DNA from: an uncultured Ruminococcus sp.
GTDB lineage: Bacteria > Bacillota > Clostridia > Oscillospirales > CAG-272
Direction of reading: 5' to 3'
Length of the DNA stretch: 64,000 nt
NCBI GenBank assembly: GCA_964434325.1
Contig: CAYSUO010000002.1
Coordinates: 6,086-70,085 of the forward strand
The position numbers and the translations under genes are program-made. This document shows positions 48,035 through 56,649 of the stretch, one piece after another. A model generated the notes under the pieces. That model was not told the origin of the DNA. It searched no databases and saw only the letters and a program-made list of their open reading frames with translations. How positions within the stretch are numbered: the first letter of the stretch is position 1; each line of letters begins with the position of its first letter.

Positions 48035-48895
48035 ATGAGCCTTGAAGAAAAGAACAGGACGGAAGGCGGGACGCTCTATCTCGTGGCGACACCCATCGGC
48101 AATCTTGCGGATATGACGGAGAGGGCGCGCAAGGTGCTTTCCGAGGTGAGCTTCATTGCCGCCGAGGACACGAGAAATTCGATGAAGCTCCTCTCGCACT
48201 ACGGAATACGCAAAGAGCTTGTTAGCTACTACGAGCACAACAAGCGGGCGAGCGGCGAGCGAATCGCGGCGCGCCTTGCGGCGGGAGAATCTTGCGCCCT
48301 GATAACGGACGCTGGTATGCCCGCGATAAGTGATCCAGGCGAGGATCTTGTTCGGCTTTGCGCGGAGCGGGGGATACCCGTCACCGTGGTCCCTGGTGCT
48401 TGCGCCGCGGTTTCCGCGCTTGCGCTCTCCGCGCTTCCGACGAGGCGATTTTGCTTTGAGGGCTTTCTGCCCGCGGCGAGCGGCGAGCGGCGGCGCGCGC
48501 TCGAAGAGCTGGCGGAGGAGCGACGCACCATGGTGTTCTACGAGGCACCGCACAAGCTCCGCGCGACGCTTTCGGATATGCGCGACGTGTTCGGCGCGGA
48601 CAGGCGGATAGCACTTTTGCGGGAGCTGACGAAGCTCAACGAGGAGGCGACGCGGACGACGCTGGGAGAAGCGACGGAGCTTTTTGGAGAGCGCGAGCCG
48701 CGCGGAGAGTTCGTTATCGTTTTGGCGGGGGCGGAACGCGACGCGAGGCGGGACGAGCTTCTTTCCCTCTCGGTTGAAGAGCACATTGCAAAATATATGG
48801 CGGAGGGCTACGACAAGAAGGAAGCCGCCAAGGCGGTTGCGAGAGACAGGGGCGTTTCAAAATCGGAGATATACAAATACACGATAGAAAAGTGA
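48035..48895 (+). CDS. rsmI: 16S rRNA (cytidine1402-2'-O)-methyltransferase
   Basis: ORF track 47870..48895. From ATG 48035 it reads ..GTLYLVATPIGNLADMTERARKVL, with ITDAGMPAISDPGEDLV. GGCGGAGGAAG SD. Confidence 0.9.
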   Translation: MSLEEKNRTEGGTLYLVATPIGNLADMTERARKVLSEVSFIAAEDTRNSMKLLSHYGIRKELVSYYEHNKRASGERIAARLAAGESCALITDAGMPAISDPGEDLVRLCAERGIPVTVVPGACAAVSALALSALPTRRFCFEGFLPAASGERRRALEELAEERRTMVFYEAPHKLRATLSDMRDVFGADRRIALLRELTKLNEEATRTTLGEATELFGEREPRGEFVIVLAGAERDARRDELLSLSVEEHIAKYMAEGYDKKEAAKAVARDRGVSKSEIYKYTIEK

Positions 48896-48939
48896 CGCTT
48901 TAAGCTTTATTTTTGAGTTTTTCTGCGTTAATGTGAAAA

Positions 48940-49170
48940 GCTGTCTCATCGCATTAACGAATTACGACTGCTGTGTATAGAGGGCGTCACATTAAAAATT
49001 CAATATTAAAACAGGGAAAATCGTAGGTTTTAACCTTGATTTTCCCGAAAAAAACACGGTAGAAGCAGAGATTCTTCTTTACTTCTACCGTTTTTCGTTT
49101 TTTTCTGCCTAAATGCGACAGTCTCTTCGCTATAATTCTATCTCAAAAATTCAATTTGCGACAGCCTCTT
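48940..49170. repeat. Repeat-family locus: module A (inverted repeat, terminator hairpin, TAAATGCGACAG end) flanked by an 11-bp direct repeat
   Basis: GGGAAAATC..GATTTTCCC lies at 49014-49047. The terminator ACGGTAGAAG..CTTCTACCGT+T-run lies at 49056-49105. TAAATGCGACAGTCTCTT lies at 49110-49127, with a second TGCGACAGCCTCTT at 49157-49170. AAAAATTCAAT occurs at both 48994-49004 and 49145-49155. Confidence 0.6.
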
Positions 49171-49186
49171 TTGCGAACGCTATTTA

Positions 49187-49729
49187 TTATTTATTGAAAT
49201 ACCTTGCGAGAAGCCCTGCAAACGCCTTACCGTGGCGTGCTTCGTCACGCGCCATTTCGTGAACGGTATCGTGAATGGCGTCGAGCCCGAGCTCCTTGGC
49301 TCTCTTGGCGAGATCGCACTTGCCCGCGGTTGCGCCGTTCTCGGCTTCGACTCTCATTTCGAGGTTTTTCTTGGTGGAGTCCGTTACCACCTCGCCGAGA
49401 AGCTCGGCGAACTTTGCCGCGTGCTCCGCCTCCTCAAAAGCCGCCTTCTCCCAATAGAGACCTATCTCGGGATAGCCCTCGCGATGAGCGACGCGCGCCA
49501 TGGCGAGATACATACCGACCTCGGTACATTCGCCCATAAAATTGGCGCGAAGGTCCTCCTTGATATCGTCGCGAACGTCACGCGCGACACCGACGGTGTG
49601 CTCTGCCGCCCAGCTCATGCTTCCCTCCTGCTTCGTGAACTTGGAAGCGGGCGCCTTGCACTGGGGGCATCTTTCGGGAGCCTCGTCTCCCTCGTGGACA
49701 TAACCGCAAACCTGACATACGTACTTCAT
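49187..49729 (-). CDS. rbr: Reverse rubrerythrin (N-terminal rubredoxin-like domain + ferritin-like diiron domain)
   Basis: ORF track. [27 protein letters not shown], then the diiron helices ([26 protein letters not shown]). Confidence 0.85.
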   Translation of the reverse strand: MKYVCQVCGYVHEGDEAPERCPQCKAPASKFTKQEGSMSWAAEHTVGVARDVRDDIKEDLRANFMGECTEVGMYLAMARVAHREGYPEIGLYWEKAAFEEAEHAAKFAELLGEVVTDSTKKNLEMRVEAENGATAGKCDLAKRAKELGLDAIHDTVHEMARDEARHGKAFAGLLARYFNK

Positions 49730-49752
49730 TTTAATTCCTCCGTTAATTCCTA

Positions 49753-50151
49753 TTATTTTTGTTTATTTGAGCATTCACGGCACACGCCGTAATAGAGGAC
49801 TGCTCCGCCCTCGGCTTGAAAACCGCTATCCCCACAAAGTGGCGGGAGAGCGCCGCACGTTTCAACGTCCACCACCGCGCCGCATAGGCGACACTTGGCG
49901 TGGCTGTGCGGAACGACGGTGATATCGAAGCGGTCTGCTCCGTCGTAGACGGGGACCTTGATCGCCTGCCCGCTTTCGACGAGGGCGTTCAAAATCCTAT
50001 ACACCGTGGCGCGGCCTATACGCGGATCGCGGCGAGCGACCTCGGCGCAGACCATTTCGGCGGTGGGATGATTGCGCAGGGAGGCGAATACCTCGCGCAC
50101 CGTTTGCTTCTGGTGCGTATTGCGCTCGCTCTTTTTGGGCTCGCTTTGCAC
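49753..50151 (-). CDS. perR: Fur-family peroxide-stress regulator (PerR-like)
   Basis: ORF track 49753..50196. [14 protein letters not shown] and [15 protein letters not shown]. The track ATG lies inside the predicted -10/operator, so the start is moved to GTG 50151 behind an AAAGGAGAA SD. Confidence 0.8.
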   Translation of the reverse strand: MQSEPKKSERNTHQKQTVREVFASLRNHPTAEMVCAEVARRDPRIGRATVYRILNALVESGQAIKVPVYDGADRFDITVVPHSHAKCRLCGAVVDVETCGALPPLCGDSGFQAEGGAVLYYGVCRECSNKQK

Positions 50152-50175
50152 GGCTTCTCCTTTCGGAAGCGTTTT

Positions 50176-50213
50176 CTTAATGATATTATATCTCATTAAG
50201 CGTCACTTGTCAA
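50176..50213 (-). promoter_or_regulatory. Predicted perR-rbr promoter with overlapping palindromic operator
   Basis: Minus strand reads TTGACA-17 nt-TATAAT. The inverted repeat CTTAATGA-9 nt-TCATTAAG (50176-50200) spans the -10 box. Confidence 0.55.
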
Positions 50214-50271
50214 TAGGTTTTTGAAAAATTCTCAAAAAATTTTTTCGCGCTGCTTATAACAGCTATTTATA

Positions 50272-51078
50272 TCAAACGCCGAGGATTTCGAGATTCCTTT
50301 CGACGGTTTTGCGCTTGCGCCAAGCAAAGGCGCGGGAGCGAAAGTCTTCCTCGCTCATAGCTGCAAGCTTTTCACTCGTCAGCTCCTCTATGCGCTCCTC
50401 GCGAAAAAAGGCGATGGGCGTTTCGAGCGGGTCTTTATTATAGGGGCAATGCGCCTGACATTCGTCACAGCCCCAGACGGTGTTATAGCGGCGCATAAGC
50501 GCCTTTTCTTCTTCGGCGAGCTCGCCCTTACGCTGGGTGATGGCGGAGAGGCAATCGCCGCCGCTTCCGCCGAGAATACCCGTCGGGCATGAGCGCTTAC
50601 AAGCCCCGCACCCGAGGCAGCGGCGAAGCGGCTTAGGAGCGACGGCGCCCGCGAGTTCTGGTGGAACGTCGCTAACGACATCGGCGATGAAAACGTAGGA
50701 GCCGTACTTTTCATTTATTAAGAGCCCATTATCGCCGAGAATGCCCAACCCTGCCGCGAGGGCGGCGGAGCGCTCGTCGATGGGAGAGTGGTCTCCATAG
50801 CCCTTGAAGGAGCTTTCGGGGAAGGCGCGCGCGAGGCGGGCGATGAGGCGCGAAGTTACGTCCTTTATATATATATGATAGTCGCGAGAGGCGGCATAGC
50901 GAGAGAGGTTGACCGTTTCGCCGCCGTAGTACGGAATGAGAAATATAAACACGCTTTTTGGCTCAAAGCTCTCGCGGCGCATTATCTCGGGCGCGGTCTC
51001 ACGGCAATCGGAATATGCGAGGGCGGAAAAATACTCTATTCCCTCTTCTTTGAAAAAAGCTTTTACAATATTTTGCAT
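50272..51078 (-). CDS. queG: Epoxyqueuosine reductase QueG-like 4Fe-4S protein
   Basis: ORF track. DYHIYIKDV, SPIDERSAALAAGLG, CLGCGACKRSCPTG and CDECQAHCPYN. Shorter than the E. coli-type QueG. Confidence 0.6.
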   Translation of the reverse strand: MQNIVKAFFKEEGIEYFSALAYSDCRETAPEIMRRESFEPKSVFIFLIPYYGGETVNLSRYAASRDYHIYIKDVTSRLIARLARAFPESSFKGYGDHSPIDERSAALAAGLGILGDNGLLINEKYGSYVFIADVVSDVPPELAGAVAPKPLRRCLGCGACKRSCPTGILGGSGGDCLSAITQRKGELAEEEKALMRRYNTVWGCDECQAHCPYNKDPLETPIAFFREERIEELTSEKLAAMSEEDFRSRAFAWRKRKTVERNLEILGV

Positions 51079-51101
51079 GGCTTCTCCCTTCTCTTGGGTA
51101 T

Positions 51102-51130
51102 ATTATACACCCGACGCACCGCTTTTGCAA
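51102..51130 (-). promoter_or_regulatory. Predicted queG promoter
   Basis: Minus strand reads TTGCAA-17 nt-TATAAT with a TG extension. Back-to-back with the plsY promoter. Confidence 0.5.
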
Positions 51131-51138
51131 GATATTCC

Positions 51139-51167
51139 TTGACTTTGGACGGCGAATGCTGTATAAT
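51139..51167 (+). promoter_or_regulatory. Predicted plsY promoter
   Basis: TTGACT-17 nt-TATAAT with a TG extension (gctgTATAAT). Confidence 0.55.
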
Positions 51168-51199
51168 GTACTTATAAATAAAGTTAAGAGGGATAATCT

Positions 51200-51952
51200 A
51201 TGTTTCATATAAACGACGGCTTGCTTTCATATCTTTTTTCGGGAGAGACGCCGATAATCGCGGAGCGCTTCTACTATCCGCTTGTCATTGCCACGCTGGT
51301 GCTCGTTATTGCCGCCTCGTACCTGCTCGGGAGCATAAATTCCTCCATAGTTTTTTCAAAGCTCTTTTACGGCGACGATATAAGAAACCACGGCTCGGGC
51401 AACGCGGGGCTGACGAATATGTTCAGGACCTACGGCAAGGGGGCGGCGGGGTTAACCCTGCTCGGCGATATTTTAAAGACCTTCATCGCCGTTTTCCTTG
51501 CGGGGACGCTTTTCGGCTTCGGCTACGTTGCAGGTGTCAGCTGCGGCGGGCTCGGGCTTTGCTATGTGGCGGGGCTCTTCGTTGTTCTCGGGCACGTTTT
51601 CCCCTGCTTCTACAAATTCAAGGGCGGCAAGGGCGTTCTTGCCACGGCGGCGATGGCGCTTATGCTTAGCCCGATAGTTTTCCTTATACTGCTCGTTATA
51701 TTTATCGCCGTCGTCGCCGTTTCCAAATACATATCGCTCGGCTCCGTCACGGTGGCGATACTCTACCCCGTCGTTCTCTACGGCTATTTCGCCGTTCTCT
51801 TCCCCGAGCGGGGCATACCCGCCTTCGCCGCACTCGCCACGATAATTTTAGCCATTCTCATCGTCTGGTGCCACAGGGGGAATTTGCAAAGGATATCGAC
51901 GAGGACGGAGAGAAAATTCTCTTTCAGGAAAAAGAGCGAAGATGACGAATAA
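51200..51952 (+). CDS. plsY: Glycerol-3-phosphate acyltransferase PlsY
   Basis: ORF track. GSINSSIVFSKLFYGDDIRNHGSGNAGLTNMFRTYGK and FKGGKGVLATAA. Confidence 0.9.
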   Translation: MFHINDGLLSYLFSGETPIIAERFYYPLVIATLVLVIAASYLLGSINSSIVFSKLFYGDDIRNHGSGNAGLTNMFRTYGKGAAGLTLLGDILKTFIAVFLAGTLFGFGYVAGVSCGGLGLCYVAGLFVVLGHVFPCFYKFKGGKGVLATAAMALMLSPIVFLILLVIFIAVVAVSKYISLGSVTVAILYPVVLYGYFAVLFPERGIPAFAALATIILAILIVWCHRGNLQRISTRTERKFSFRKKSEDDE

Positions 51953-53129
51953 ATTCATCAAGCTGGCGCTCCTTGCGGCGGAGCAGGGGCAATTTAAAAA
52001 GCTCGTTTTCTCCCGCCCGAGCTCGGAGACTGCGGCGCGCGTCACCGCGCGACTTTGCAGGAATGGAGAAAAGGAGCTTTTGAGCTTTGAATACGCGATA
52101 GACGACACCGTGCGGCAGGTGAACAAGGCGCTCGGAGACGCGAAGGAGCTACTTCAAGAGCTGACCGCGGAATACCGACAAGCCAACCTCATAACGGCGC
52201 TCGGAGACGCGGAGCTTAAAACCTCCAAGAAGGGAGCGACGGTGCTTCTCGGCGGCGACGCGCTCCTTAGGAAGCTTTCGGAGGAAAGACCGCGCTTTGA
52301 GGCGGCGATAGAAGCACTCGACAAGGAGAAGAGCCGCCTGCTTTCGGGGAGCGAGCCCTTCCTCTCGGCGCTCGGCATTTCGGACAAGAGCGGCAGAGTT
52401 CACGACAAGAGGCAAGGCAAATTCAGGCAGATAAATCGCTTTCTCGAACACGTTGAGGATATTTACGCGCACCTTCCCGCCGAGGGGACGCTGAACGTAT
52501 ACGACCTCTGTTGCGGCAAGAGCTATTTAAGCTTCGCCGTTTATCACTACTTAACGAGCGTTAAGGGGCGGCGCGTTTCAATGCTCGGGATGGATTTGAA
52601 GCGCGACGTTATAAGCCACTGCGCGGCGCTGGCGGGAGAGCTCGGCTTTTCGGGAATGCGCTTCGTTTGCGGCGATATACGTGAAACGCCGCGCGACGTG
52701 CGCCCCGACCTCGTTATATCGCTACACGCCTGCGACGTGGCGACCGACGTTGTTCTCGAAGCGGCGATAGACTCGCGCGCGGGGGTCATTCTTTCAACCC
52801 CGTGCTGCCACCGCAATTTAAAAGCACACCTCGACTGTGCGCCCCTCGACTTCATCACGCGCTACGGGCACTTGAAGAACAAGCTTTGCGAGGTGATAAC
52901 GGACGGTCTACGCGCGGCGCGGCTCAGGGCGGCGGGATACAACGTTGCCGTTCTGGAAATGACGGACCCCGACGACACGCCGAAGAACACCCTGATACGA
53001 GCGCTCCGCACCGACGGGCTCGGGCAGGGCGAGCTCGACAGGCGGCGCGCGGAATACGAGGCGGCGAAGCGCTTCGCCCTCGGTGAGCACGCCGACGAAT
53101 ATCTCACGGAAATTATCAAGCACGGGTAA
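51942..53129 (+). CDS. Class I SAM-dependent methyltransferase with a large N-terminal domain
   Basis: ORF track. VYDLCCGKSYLSF (SAM motif I-like) and ISLHACDVATD. Substrate unknown. Confidence 0.65.
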   Translation: MTNKFIKLALLAAEQGQFKKLVFSRPSSETAARVTARLCRNGEKELLSFEYAIDDTVRQVNKALGDAKELLQELTAEYRQANLITALGDAELKTSKKGATVLLGGDALLRKLSEERPRFEAAIEALDKEKSRLLSGSEPFLSALGISDKSGRVHDKRQGKFRQINRFLEHVEDIYAHLPAEGTLNVYDLCCGKSYLSFAVYHYLTSVKGRRVSMLGMDLKRDVISHCAALAGELGFSGMRFVCGDIRETPRDVRPDLVISLHACDVATDVVLEAAIDSRAGVILSTPCCHRNLKAHLDCAPLDFITRYGHLKNKLCEVITDGLRAARLRAAGYNVAVLEMTDPDDTPKNTLIRALRTDGLGQGELDRRRAEYEAAKRFALGEHADEYLTEIIKHG

Positions 53130-53134
53130 ATGAT

Positions 53135-53581
53135 ATGAATTACGTTTCAAAATGCGCCGAGGACACGGAGCGCGCTGGCGAGAGCTTAGCGCGAAGGCTC
53201 ATCGAAGGCGGCGCAAAAAAGGCCTTCATCGCGATGCGCGGCGAAATGGGCGTCGGCAAGACTGCCTTCGTGCGCGGTTTTGCGCGAGCCTTCGGGATAA
53301 CGGGCGTCAGGAGCCCCACCTACGCGATAGTCAACGAATACACGAACGGGCTGGCGCGAATTGTCCACTTCGATATGTACCGAATAGCGAGCGAGGACGA
53401 TCTTCTCTCCATCGCCTACGACGACTATCTGGCAAAGGACGCCTACATTCTCGCGGAATGGAGCGAGCGTATAGCCGATTTTATACCGCGCGGCGCCATC
53501 ACGGTGACAATCTCGCGCACCGCGCAAAGTGAAACGGAAAGGACGATAGAGGTGACGGGCGATGATAGTTCTTGCATTTGA
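53135..53581 (+). CDS. tsaE: tRNA t6A37 biosynthesis ATPase TsaE
   Basis: ORF track. MRGEMGVGKTAFVRGF, SPTYAIVNEY and HFDMYR. Confidence 0.9.
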   Translation: MNYVSKCAEDTERAGESLARRLIEGGAKKAFIAMRGEMGVGKTAFVRGFARAFGITGVRSPTYAIVNEYTNGLARIVHFDMYRIASEDDLLSIAYDDYLAKDAYILAEWSERIADFIPRGAITVTISRTAQSETERTIEVTGDDSSCI

Positions 53582-54287
53582 CAGCGCGGCAAAGGTGGCG
53601 AGCGCCGCCGTTACCGACGACGAGCGACTGCTCGGGCTTTGCACCGTGGAAAACGGGCTCACCCAGAGCGAGCTCCTACTGCCCATGATAGAAAACCTTT
53701 TAAAGACCTTGAAGCTCGGCTACGAGGATATCGGTCTTTTTGCCACCGCGACGGGTCCTGGCTCGTTCACGGGCGTTCGCATCGGGGCGGCTCTTCTAAA
53801 AGGGCTCGCCTTCGGGCGCGGTGCCCCCTGCGTCGGCGTTTCCACCCTCGAAGAGCTCGCCGAAAACGCGCGCGGGCTCGACGGACTCATCGTCCCCGTT
53901 ATGGACGCGCGGCGCGGGCAATTCTACAACGCGCTATTTCGCGCGTCGGGCGGCGAGCTTGAAAGGCTAACCGATGACAGAGCCATCTCCGCCGACGCTC
54001 TGGCGGAGGAACTTTCCGCATATCGTGGCGAGCGCCTATACCTCCTCGGCGACGGCTACGAGCTCGCGAAGGGACTGCTTCGCGAAAGGGGCGTTGCCAC
54101 GGAGGAAACGCCCCCGCTCCTCATCGGCGAAAACGCCTACTCGCTGGCACGGGTCGCACTTCGCGCCTTCCGCGCGGGGCACTTCTCCACCGACGCGGAG
54201 CTTATGCCCACCTATCTGCGCCTTCCGCAAGCGGAGCGCGAGCGCCTTGAACGCGAGGCGAAGAATAACGATACGCAAGGTCAATAA
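53562..54287 (+). CDS. tsaB: tRNA t6A37 biosynthesis protein TsaB
   Basis: ORF track. MIVLAFDSAAKVASAAV and TGPGSFTGVRIGAA. Confidence 0.85.
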   Translation: MIVLAFDSAAKVASAAVTDDERLLGLCTVENGLTQSELLLPMIENLLKTLKLGYEDIGLFATATGPGSFTGVRIGAALLKGLAFGRGAPCVGVSTLEELAENARGLDGLIVPVMDARRGQFYNALFRASGGELERLTDDRAISADALAEELSAYRGERLYLLGDGYELAKGLLRERGVATEETPPLLIGENAYSLARVALRAFRAGHFSTDAELMPTYLRLPQAERERLEREAKNNDTQGQ

Positions 54288-54295
54288 TTTAAAAT

Positions 54296-54324
54296 GCCGC
54301 CTCGGCGGCGGAACGGAGATTAAT
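54296..54324 (+). promoter_or_regulatory. Stem-loop + SD cassette upstream of rpiB
   Basis: GCCGC-CUCG-GCGGC-GGAACGGAG-ATTAAT-ATG. Confidence 0.45.
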
Positions 54325-54783
54325 ATGAAAAGAAAAATCTACATAGGCGCTGACAGCGCTGGCTTCGCGCTCAAAGAAGAGCTCAAAGCGCACCTCGAAG
54401 GACTCGGCTACTCGGTCACCGACTGTGGGACGGACTCGGACGTCTCGTGCCACTATCCCATTTTCGCCTCTCGCGTTTGCGAGGCGGTGCAACGCGACGG
54501 CGACGCCGCTTTCGGCGTTCTTATATGCGGGACGGGCATCGGAATGTCCATCTGCGCCAACAAGCACAACGGCATTCGCGCGGCGCTCTGCTCCGACACC
54601 TATTCCGCGCGTATGACGCGCGTTCACAACAACGCCAACGTCATTTGCCTCGGGGCTCGCGTCATCGGCTCCTGCCTTGCGACGGAAATTCTCGACAGCT
54701 TCCTTGCGGCGGAATTTGAAGCGGGCGGACGGCACGAGGCGCGCGTCAATATGATAAAAGATATCGAGGACAGGCAGAAATAA
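54325..54783 (+). CDS. rpiB: Ribose-5-phosphate isomerase B
   Basis: Inside ORF track 53974..54783. From ATG 54325 it reads MKRKIYIGADSAGFALKEELK, with ICGTGIGMSICANK and HNNANVICLGARV. Confidence 0.9.
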   Translation: MKRKIYIGADSAGFALKEELKAHLEGLGYSVTDCGTDSDVSCHYPIFASRVCEAVQRDGDAAFGVLICGTGIGMSICANKHNGIRAALCSDTYSARMTRVHNNANVICLGARVIGSCLATEILDSFLAAEFEAGGRHEARVNMIKDIEDRQK

Positions 54784-54804
54784 CATAGCTTCTATATCCA
54801 AAAT

Positions 54805-54845
54805 AAAACGGAGACCTTGAAAAGCTCATCGTCTCCGTTTTTGCT
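54805..54845 (+). terminator. Rho-independent terminator of rpiB
   Basis: AACGGAGAC-15 nt loop-GTCTCCGTT followed by TTTTG. Confidence 0.75.
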
Positions 54846-54852
54846 TGCATAT

Positions 54853-55070
54853 TTTTCCGCGTTTTGCGGGGCTTTTTATTTGCTTTTCCCTGCTGGCAAT
54901 CCTTATACAATACTGATTTTGCTCGTTTTCGGCGCTTTTTATGATACGCCTTTTTTCTTCGCCTTCCCCGCCCGCACGCTTTATACAATACTGATTTGAT
55001 TTGTACTTGCTTTCGGCGTTTTTAAGCTACGCCTTTTTTATTTGCCTTCCCTCTCGCGCATTTGACTACT
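54853..55070. repeat. Three degenerate ~75-bp tandem units, each carrying a small hairpin + T-run
   Basis: Examples are CCGCgttttGCGGggcttttta, GGCGctttttatgataCGCCtttttt and GGCGTttttaagctACGCCtttttta. cttatacaatactgattt occurs at 54901 and 54979. The last unit overlaps the stop of the gene at 55066. Confidence 0.7.
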
Positions 55071-56649
55071 CCGCCGCCTTTAAGAGCAGGGCTTCTGCGG
55101 CGCGCAAGCCGTCCGTTGCCGAGGAGACGATGCCGCCCGCATAGCCCGCGCCCTCGCCGACGGGATAGAGCCCCTCGACTCCTTGCACCTCGTAGGCTTC
55201 CGTGCGCAGGATACGGAGGGGCGAGGTCGTTCTCGTTTCGGCGCCCGTGAGTATCGCTTCGGGGGCGGCGTAGCCCGCGAGCCATTCGCCGAAGGCGGAA
55301 ATGCCCGCCGCAAGAGATTCGGTTATATAGTGTGGGAGATATTCGCGCGGGTGCGCCGCCACCGTTCCACGCGGGTAGCTCGGCACCACGGGCGAGGCGA
55401 GCGAGGGGGCACCGCCGCCGCTAAACGAAGCGAGGCTTATCGCGGGGGCGCGATAGGTGCCGCCGCCCGCCTTGAAGGCGGCGCGCTCGATGGCGCGGCG
55501 ATAGGCGAGCCCCGCGAGGGGCGACGACGTGGGAAAGTCTGACGGCGTTACGGAGACGAGGAGCGCCGCGTTGGAATTATCCGCCGCGCGCGCGTACTCG
55601 CTCATACCGTTCGTGACTATGCCGCCCAGCTCGGAGCTCGCCGCGACGACGGAGCCGCCAGGGCACATACAGAAGCTATAAACGCTTCTGCCGTTCGGAA
55701 GGTGAGTGACGAGGTGATAGCTCGCCGCGCCGAGGACGGGGTGCTCCTCGACTCCGTAGCGAAGGCGATTTATAAATTGCCTTTTATGCTCGATACGCAC
55801 GCCGACGCCGAAGCCCTTGGCGACCATGGGGATACCGAGGCGATGAAGCTCCTCGAAGGTATCGTTCGCGCTATGCCCGAGGGCTAAGATGACGCGCTCC
55901 GCGGCGAGCTTCACGCGCTCGCCGCCCTTTTCATATTCGGCGCTCATCACCCGACCGCCGCGAATGCCGAGCGTGACGAGGCGCGCGCCGAAGATGAACT
56001 CGCCGCCGAGGGATATTATCTTTTCGCGAAGGCGCTTAACTATGCCGTGGAGCCTATCCGTTCCGAGGTGGGCGCCGACGGAATACATTATATCCTCGTC
56101 TGCCCCTGCGGCGACAAATTCGGAGAGCACCGCGTGCTTATACTTATCCATGGCGCCGACCTTGAGCTTGCCGTCCGAATACGTTCCCGCGCCGCCCTCG
56201 CCGAACTGGACGTTGCATTCGGGATCAAGGGGCGCGCCGAGCTTGAAGGCTTTTATCTTCTCGCGCCGCAAATCGACGGGGAGCCCACGCTCCAATACTA
56301 TGGGGCGCGCACCCGCGCGAGCGAGGAGGAGGGCGGCGAAGAGCCCAGAGGGACCCGCACCGACGACGAGGGGGCGCGAGGCGAGGTGCGCCTGTGGGAC
56401 GGCGAGCTCATAGTGCTCAGCCGCCGCCACCTTGTTGCGTATTTTAAGGAGCCCCGCCTCTCGCTCGGCTCCGAGCGAGAAGGCGACCGTTGCCTTATAG
56501 CGAAGGGCAGCGGGCGAGGCTTCGAGCGAGCGCTTGACGAGACTCACAGAGCCGAGCTCGCTTTCCGCGATGGGAAGGCGAGCGGCGATGGCGCGCTTGA
56601 CGTCGGCGCTTGTGTATGCTATTGGCAGATAGACGTCGGTCTTTATCAT
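55066..56649 (-). CDS. FAD-dependent oxidoreductase of the COG2509 type (uncharacterised)
   Basis: ORF track 55066..56694. Dinucleotide fold PLVVGAGPSGLFAALLLARAG. Start at ATG 56649 (MIKTDVY) behind an AAAGGA SD. Confidence 0.75.
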   Translation of the reverse strand: MIKTDVYLPIAYTSADVKRAIAARLPIAESELGSVSLVKRSLEASPAALRYKATVAFSLGAEREAGLLKIRNKVAAAEHYELAVPQAHLASRPLVVGAGPSGLFAALLLARAGARPIVLERGLPVDLRREKIKAFKLGAPLDPECNVQFGEGGAGTYSDGKLKVGAMDKYKHAVLSEFVAAGADEDIMYSVGAHLGTDRLHGIVKRLREKIISLGGEFIFGARLVTLGIRGGRVMSAEYEKGGERVKLAAERVILALGHSANDTFEELHRLGIPMVAKGFGVGVRIEHKRQFINRLRYGVEEHPVLGAASYHLVTHLPNGRSVYSFCMCPGGSVVAASSELGGIVTNGMSEYARAADNSNAALLVSVTPSDFPTSSPLAGLAYRRAIERAAFKAGGGTYRAPAISLASFSGGGAPSLASPVVPSYPRGTVAAHPREYLPHYITESLAAGISAFGEWLAGYAAPEAILTGAETRTTSPLRILRTEAYEVQGVEGLYPVGEGAGYAGGIVSSATDGLRAAEALLLKAAE

